From a virus, in the IMG/VR virus record IMGVR_UViG_3300045988_117755, positions 1-36,020 of that record: DNA of 36,020 nucleotides; one strand, written 5' to 3'. The translations under genes and the position numbers were made by a program. This document shows, one piece after another, positions 33,321 through 36,020 of this stretch (positions are counted from its first letter, which is position 1; the number at the start of each line of letters is the position of its first letter). The notes under the pieces are model-generated. The model did no database searches, was not told where the DNA came from, and was given only the letters and a program-made list of their open reading frames with translations.

Positions 33321-34258
33321 GACGCATCCCTCCCCGCCAGCGCCCTCGCGCGGCGAACAAGGTCGCGGATATCCGCGCTCGCGTCGGAATCGAAGGCGTC
33401 GAAGAGGCTCGCCGTTCTATCCGCGTCCTCCTCCAGCCGCTCCCAGCTGTCGGGACGCTCGTGGGTGAGCAGGCCGGGACTCCACATCCCGCGCACTGGG
33501 AGGGCGTCCGCGTCGGTCATCCTGTGCTCGCACCACACGCGGCCATCCTCGAAGCCGGTGACGATAAGCTCCTCGCCCGTGTTCTTGTCGAACACCGTTT
33601 CCTTGACGCGAATCTCCGCCCCGTCAGCGTCGAGCACCTTGGGCGCGGGGCGCTTGACTCGCTCGCCGTTTTCGAGCGTGACGGCGCACGCGCCCTTGCC
33701 GAGCTTCCAGAAGACAGCGCCGCCGAGCGCATCCCGGCAGTCCTCGATGGCGATGGTGCGGAGCGTCGAGGCGTTGCCCTTTGCGTTGATGAACTCGTCC
33801 CCGAACATCACCAGCTCGCCCGACTCGTATCGCGGCCACTCGCAGCCCTCGGTCATGAGGCGGAGGCGCATGGCGGCCATCGCCTCGCTCCACCCCTTGT
33901 CGATGTCGATGCCGAGCGCGCCGCACAGCTCGACGCGGCGAATGTCGGCATCCTGGAACATGCGGCGCAGCGCCTCGATGCCGCCCTGCCCGCGCACCCA
34001 CTCGGCCGCCTCGCGGTCCTCTTCGCGCACGGTGCGGCGCTCGAGCGCGGCGTTCTCCAGCCTCTTGATGTGCTCCCTGCGCTTGCGCAGCGCGGCCTCG
34101 CACTCGCGGATTTGGCGCAGCCACGCGGCGCGCTTGCGCTCGTACGCCTCTCGCGGCACTGAGTCCCGAAGCCTCGCCCGCAGGCGCTCGCACTCCTGCC
34201 GCGCTAGGTCGCGCTCTGCCCTGAACTTGGCAGCGCTCAGCTGCTCGTCGTATCCCAT
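33317..34258 (-). CDS. Hypothetical protein, 313 aa, with an N-terminal coiled coil.
   Basis: Start at ATG 34258 (GGAGGT upstream); the upstream Arg/Gly-rich extension of the track ORF is rejected. Confidence 0.4.
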   Translation of the reverse strand: MGYDEQLSAAKFRAERDLARQECERLRARLRDSVPREAYERKRAAWLRQIRECEAALRKRREHIKRLENAALERRTVREEDREAAEWVRGQGGIEALRRMFQDADIRRVELCGALGIDIDKGWSEAMAAMRLRLMTEGCEWPRYESGELVMFGDEFINAKGNASTLRTIAIEDCRDALGGAVFWKLGKGACAVTLENGERVKRPAPKVLDADGAEIRVKETVFDKNTGEELIVTGFEDGRVWCEHRMTDADALPVRGMWSPGLLTHERPDSWERLEEDADRTASLFDAFDSDASADIRDLVRRARALAGRDAS

Positions 34259-34416
34259 GCGTACCTCCATCTGTACCCGTAGGCCGTGCGCTTTGGCTTC
34301 CTGCACGCCCTGCTGATGTTCGTCTGGTCCCCGATTACGTCCCTCGCGGCATCCGACTCGCTCTCGTAGCGCTTGCCGTCGGAGCGCACCACGGGCCTCT
34401 TCCTGCGGTCTGTCAT
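34237..34416 (-). CDS. Small basic DNA-binding protein (59 aa) resembling the C-terminal NUMOD-like module of phage homing endonucleases (…QTNISRACRKPKRTAYGYRWRYAWD).
   Basis: The NIS..C.GKRKTAGGY.W.Y pattern is recalled from HNH/GIY-YIG homing-endonuclease C-termini. GGAGG RBS; ATGA overlap. Confidence 0.4.
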   Translation of the reverse strand: MTDRRKRPVVRSDGKRYESESDAARDVIGDQTNISRACRKPKRTAYGYRWRYAWDTTSS

Positions 34417-34601
34417 GCGTAAAGCCTCCAGAGATCGCACGTATCATCCCTGCTCACCCATTCATCCGTGAGCTCGCAGTACCCTAGCTCGCCGCACATG
34501 CCGTTCCTGAATCGCAGGCACTCGCAGCAACGGCCGCTCTCGCCCTCGCCCCATTGGCTCCACTCGGGGAATTCGATAAGGTCAAGATCGTGCTCGGTCA
34601 T
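34413..34601 (-). CDS. Cys-rich small protein, 62 aa.
   Basis: ORF; CCEC…C…C…C. Confidence 0.4.
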   Translation of the reverse strand: MTEHDLDLIEFPEWSQWGEGESGRCCECLRFRNGMCGELGYCELTDEWVSRDDTCDLWRLYA

Positions 34602-34968
34602 CTTGCATCCTCCTCATCAGCTCCGCGCACTCACCGAAGCCGGACGCCTCGCCATCGGCGAACCCGTCGGCGTACGCCTTGCCGTTTCGACTGCGCTCCT
34701 CGGCCAGCTCGCACCTCAGCCTCGCTATCTCGCCGTCCTTGCGCTCGACCGCCTCGCGCGCCCTCTTGGCGCTGTCGCTCGCGGAGGACTCCGCGCGACG
34801 TCTCCTGGTGCCCTGCCTCTTCGCCTCGGAGAGCCTGCACTCGCACCGCTCGTACAGGCGGTCGAGGTCGGCTGATAGGCGTTCGAGCTTGGCCTTGGTC
34901 TCCTCGACGCGCGTACGGTCCCTGAGCCCCGTGAGGAATGCGCTCAGGCGCTTGTACTCACCGGGCAT
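34582..34968 (-). CDS. Coiled-coil protein, 128 aa (start ATG 34968).
   Basis: Upstream 61 aa of the track ORF rejected; charged heptad sequence. Confidence 0.4.
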   Translation of the reverse strand: MPGEYKRLSAFLTGLRDRTRVEETKAKLERLSADLDRLYERCECRLSEAKRQGTRRRRAESSASDSAKRAREAVERKDGEIARLRCELAEERSRNGKAYADGFADGEASGFGECAELMRRMQDDRARS

Positions 34969-35347
34969 CGAGCGGCCTCCATCCGTCCATCTTGAGCGCG
35001 TCGAGGTAGCTCTCCGGCTCGTCGGTGAGAAGGTACTCGAGGTGACCTCCCTTGACGTGCGTGAGGTACCATCCCTCTCGGCCCGCGTCGGCCTCGACCC
35101 AGCGGAAGTGCAGCCTGCCCTGATGGGCGAGCCCGTGGCACCCTGAGGCATTCCCGCTCCCGCACAAGGTGATCGTCGGCTTGGGGATGACCACGCCGCC
35201 GCGCACGAGCTGCCCTGCGGACCTCTTCACGATGTGGTGCTGGTTGAGCGGCCACGGCCTGCCGCACACCGCGCAGCGGTCGAGCCTGATGGTGGGGCAC
35301 TCCATGAGGGGCCACCACATGGGGGCCATCGTCGTCACCCTAGCCAT
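34958..35347 (-). CDS. HNH endonuclease (the second one), 129 aa.
   Basis: CAVCGRPWPLNQHHIVKRSAG…LCGSGNASGCHGLAH. Confidence 0.6.
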   Translation of the reverse strand: MARVTTMAPMWWPLMECPTIRLDRCAVCGRPWPLNQHHIVKRSAGQLVRGGVVIPKPTITLCGSGNASGCHGLAHQGRLHFRWVEADAGREGWYLTHVKGGHLEYLLTDEPESYLDALKMDGWRPLDAR

Positions 35348-35585
35348 GCATCGCCTCCCATTCCTCGGCCATCTCGTCGTGCCTGCGGTCGCTCAGCTCG
35401 CTCGCCCAGTTGCGGGCGCTCTGGATGCGCATGTCGTATCGCTCGCGCTCGAGCTGCGATCGGGTGCGCATGTTCGCGAGCTCGATGATCGGCCTCGGGA
35501 CGGGAACGCCGTACTCGCGGATGCCCTTGCCGAGCGTCCACGGCGCGCCGTCCGGCGCGAGCTCCGGATATCCCTTGTAGCTCAT
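35340..35585 (-). CDS. Hypothetical protein, 81 aa.
   Basis: ORF only. Confidence 0.4.
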   Translation of the reverse strand: MSYKGYPELAPDGAPWTLGKGIREYGVPVPRPIIELANMRTRSQLERERYDMRIQSARNWASELSDRRHDEMAEEWEAMHG

Positions 35586-36020
35586 GGCTCCTCCCCGAAT
35601 TTTTCGCGGTACTCGCGCTCCAGGCGCTCAAGCTCCTCGTCCGGGTCGACGGCGTTGACGGGCTTGGGTATCGGCTTGGGAGCGTCGGATGCGGAGAACG
35701 CGGGCATGTTGCGCTTCCAGTTGCGCATGGCCGCGTTCCAGTCCCGCATGGGGGCCTTGCCCGAGACCTTCCACCCGTTCGCGGTGAAGTGGTCGAAGAA
35801 TTTCTCCGATTCACCGCGCGGCATCTTGATGGAATCGCCGAACTCGATGCACTCCTCGCGCGTGGGCGGGGAAAAGCGCTTGCGCTTTTCCCTCACACCC
35901 TCTGTATTGGATTGGTTTGTATTGGCTTGTATTGTATTGTATTGGGTTTCCGTTTTTCCCGAATCTTCGGAAACCCCCCGTTTCTGGGTTTCGGAAACCC
36001 CCCGTTTCTGGGTTTCGGAA
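35582..36020 (-). CDS. C-terminal part of the same junction-spanning gene. It ends ...KFFDHFTANGWKVSGKAPMRDWNAAMRNWKRN..., a motif resembling the conserved C-terminus of Gram-positive phage replication-initiator / DnaD-like organiser proteins.
   Basis: There is no stop and no start codon between 35896 and the window end in this frame. The GWKV-GK-PM-DW-AA-RNW motif is recalled from phage replication proteins. ATGA overlap with the downstream gene at 35582-35585. Confidence 0.5.
   Translation of the reverse strand, partial: SETQKRGVSETQKRGVSEDSGKTETQYNTIQANTNQSNTEGVREKRKRFSPPTREECIEFGDSIKMPRGESEKFFDHFTANGWKVSGKAPMRDWNAAMRNWKRNMPAFSASDAPKPIPKPVNAVDPDEELERLEREYREKFGEEP
35902..35945. repeat. AT-rich tract of about six degenerate GTATTG(G) tandem repeats (tgtattgg attgg tttgtattgg cttgtattg tattg tattggg) next to the iterons. 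It is a candidate DNA-unwinding element and encodes a low-complexity T/Q/N linker.
   Basis: Direct reading; local GC is far below the genome average. Confidence 0.7.
35954..36020. repeat. Same 24-bp iteron-like units at the window end; 35978-36020 is identical to 1-43 (terminal redundancy or circular junction).
   Basis: Exact 43-nt identity between the two window termini, seen directly. Confidence 0.9.

Overview
This 36,020-bp window looks like a complete, circularly permuted genome of a high-GC (~65%) siphovirus-like tailed phage. The host is probably a high-GC Gram-positive bacterium (Actinobacteria-like), judged from the CHAP-endolysin plus holin lysis cassette without spanins and from leaderless or weak-SD starts. 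The last 43 nt equal the first 43 nt. One gene is open in frame across both window edges.

Every confidently called gene is on the minus strand, often with ATGA, TAG-ATG or GTG/TTG stop-start coupling. No integrase, attP, tRNA, rRNA or CRISPR array could be supported. The large plus-strand ORFs in the supplied track are antisense artefacts of GC-rich coding DNA (Arg/Pro/Ala/Gly-rich).

Gene order in the direction of transcription (descending coordinates):
- Regulation and early functions: a Cro-like HTH gene with a palindromic operator/promoter (8168-8320), a 37-aa transmembrane peptide and a 540-nt structured non-coding region.
- Replication, recombination and DNA modification (7298 down to 1, wrapping to 35582): a C5-cytosine methyltransferase, a Hjc/RecU-like PD-(D/E)xK nuclease, RecT, an SNF2-helicase fused to a beta-class DNA methyltransferase, SSB, a low-GC moron, and a replisome-organiser-like gene that spans the window junction and carries in-gene 24-bp iterons plus an AT-rich GTATTG tract (putative ori).
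- A run of small accessory genes (35585 to 30485): two HNH nucleases, Cys4 zinc-ribbon proteins, a free-standing NUMOD-like DNA-binding module, and a C5-MTase-fold protein with a degenerate SAM motif.
- Late control and packaging: an ArpU/RinA-like late activator with a palindrome at its leaderless start; a promoter-to-terminator mini-operon (two small unknown proteins plus an XRE HTH); five perfect tandem 10-bp GGTGGTAANN repeats; then HNH, TerS, TerL, an SPP1-like portal and a Mu-F-like head protein.
- Virion and lysis: a small DUF4157-like HExxH zincin followed by a terminator, scaffold, HK97-fold major capsid protein, connectors, major tail protein, G/G-T tail chaperones with an A_AAA_AAC -1 frameshift site, tape measure, a 1210-aa FN3-containing tail fibre, and the lysis cassette ending in a UUCG-tetraloop terminator.

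The most interesting candidates are the ori-in-gene architecture at the junction, the acr/aca-like mini-operon next to the 10-bp repeat array, the recurring GGTAAT-type operator motifs, the helicase-MTase fusion together with three methyltransferase-like genes, and the head-module zincin.
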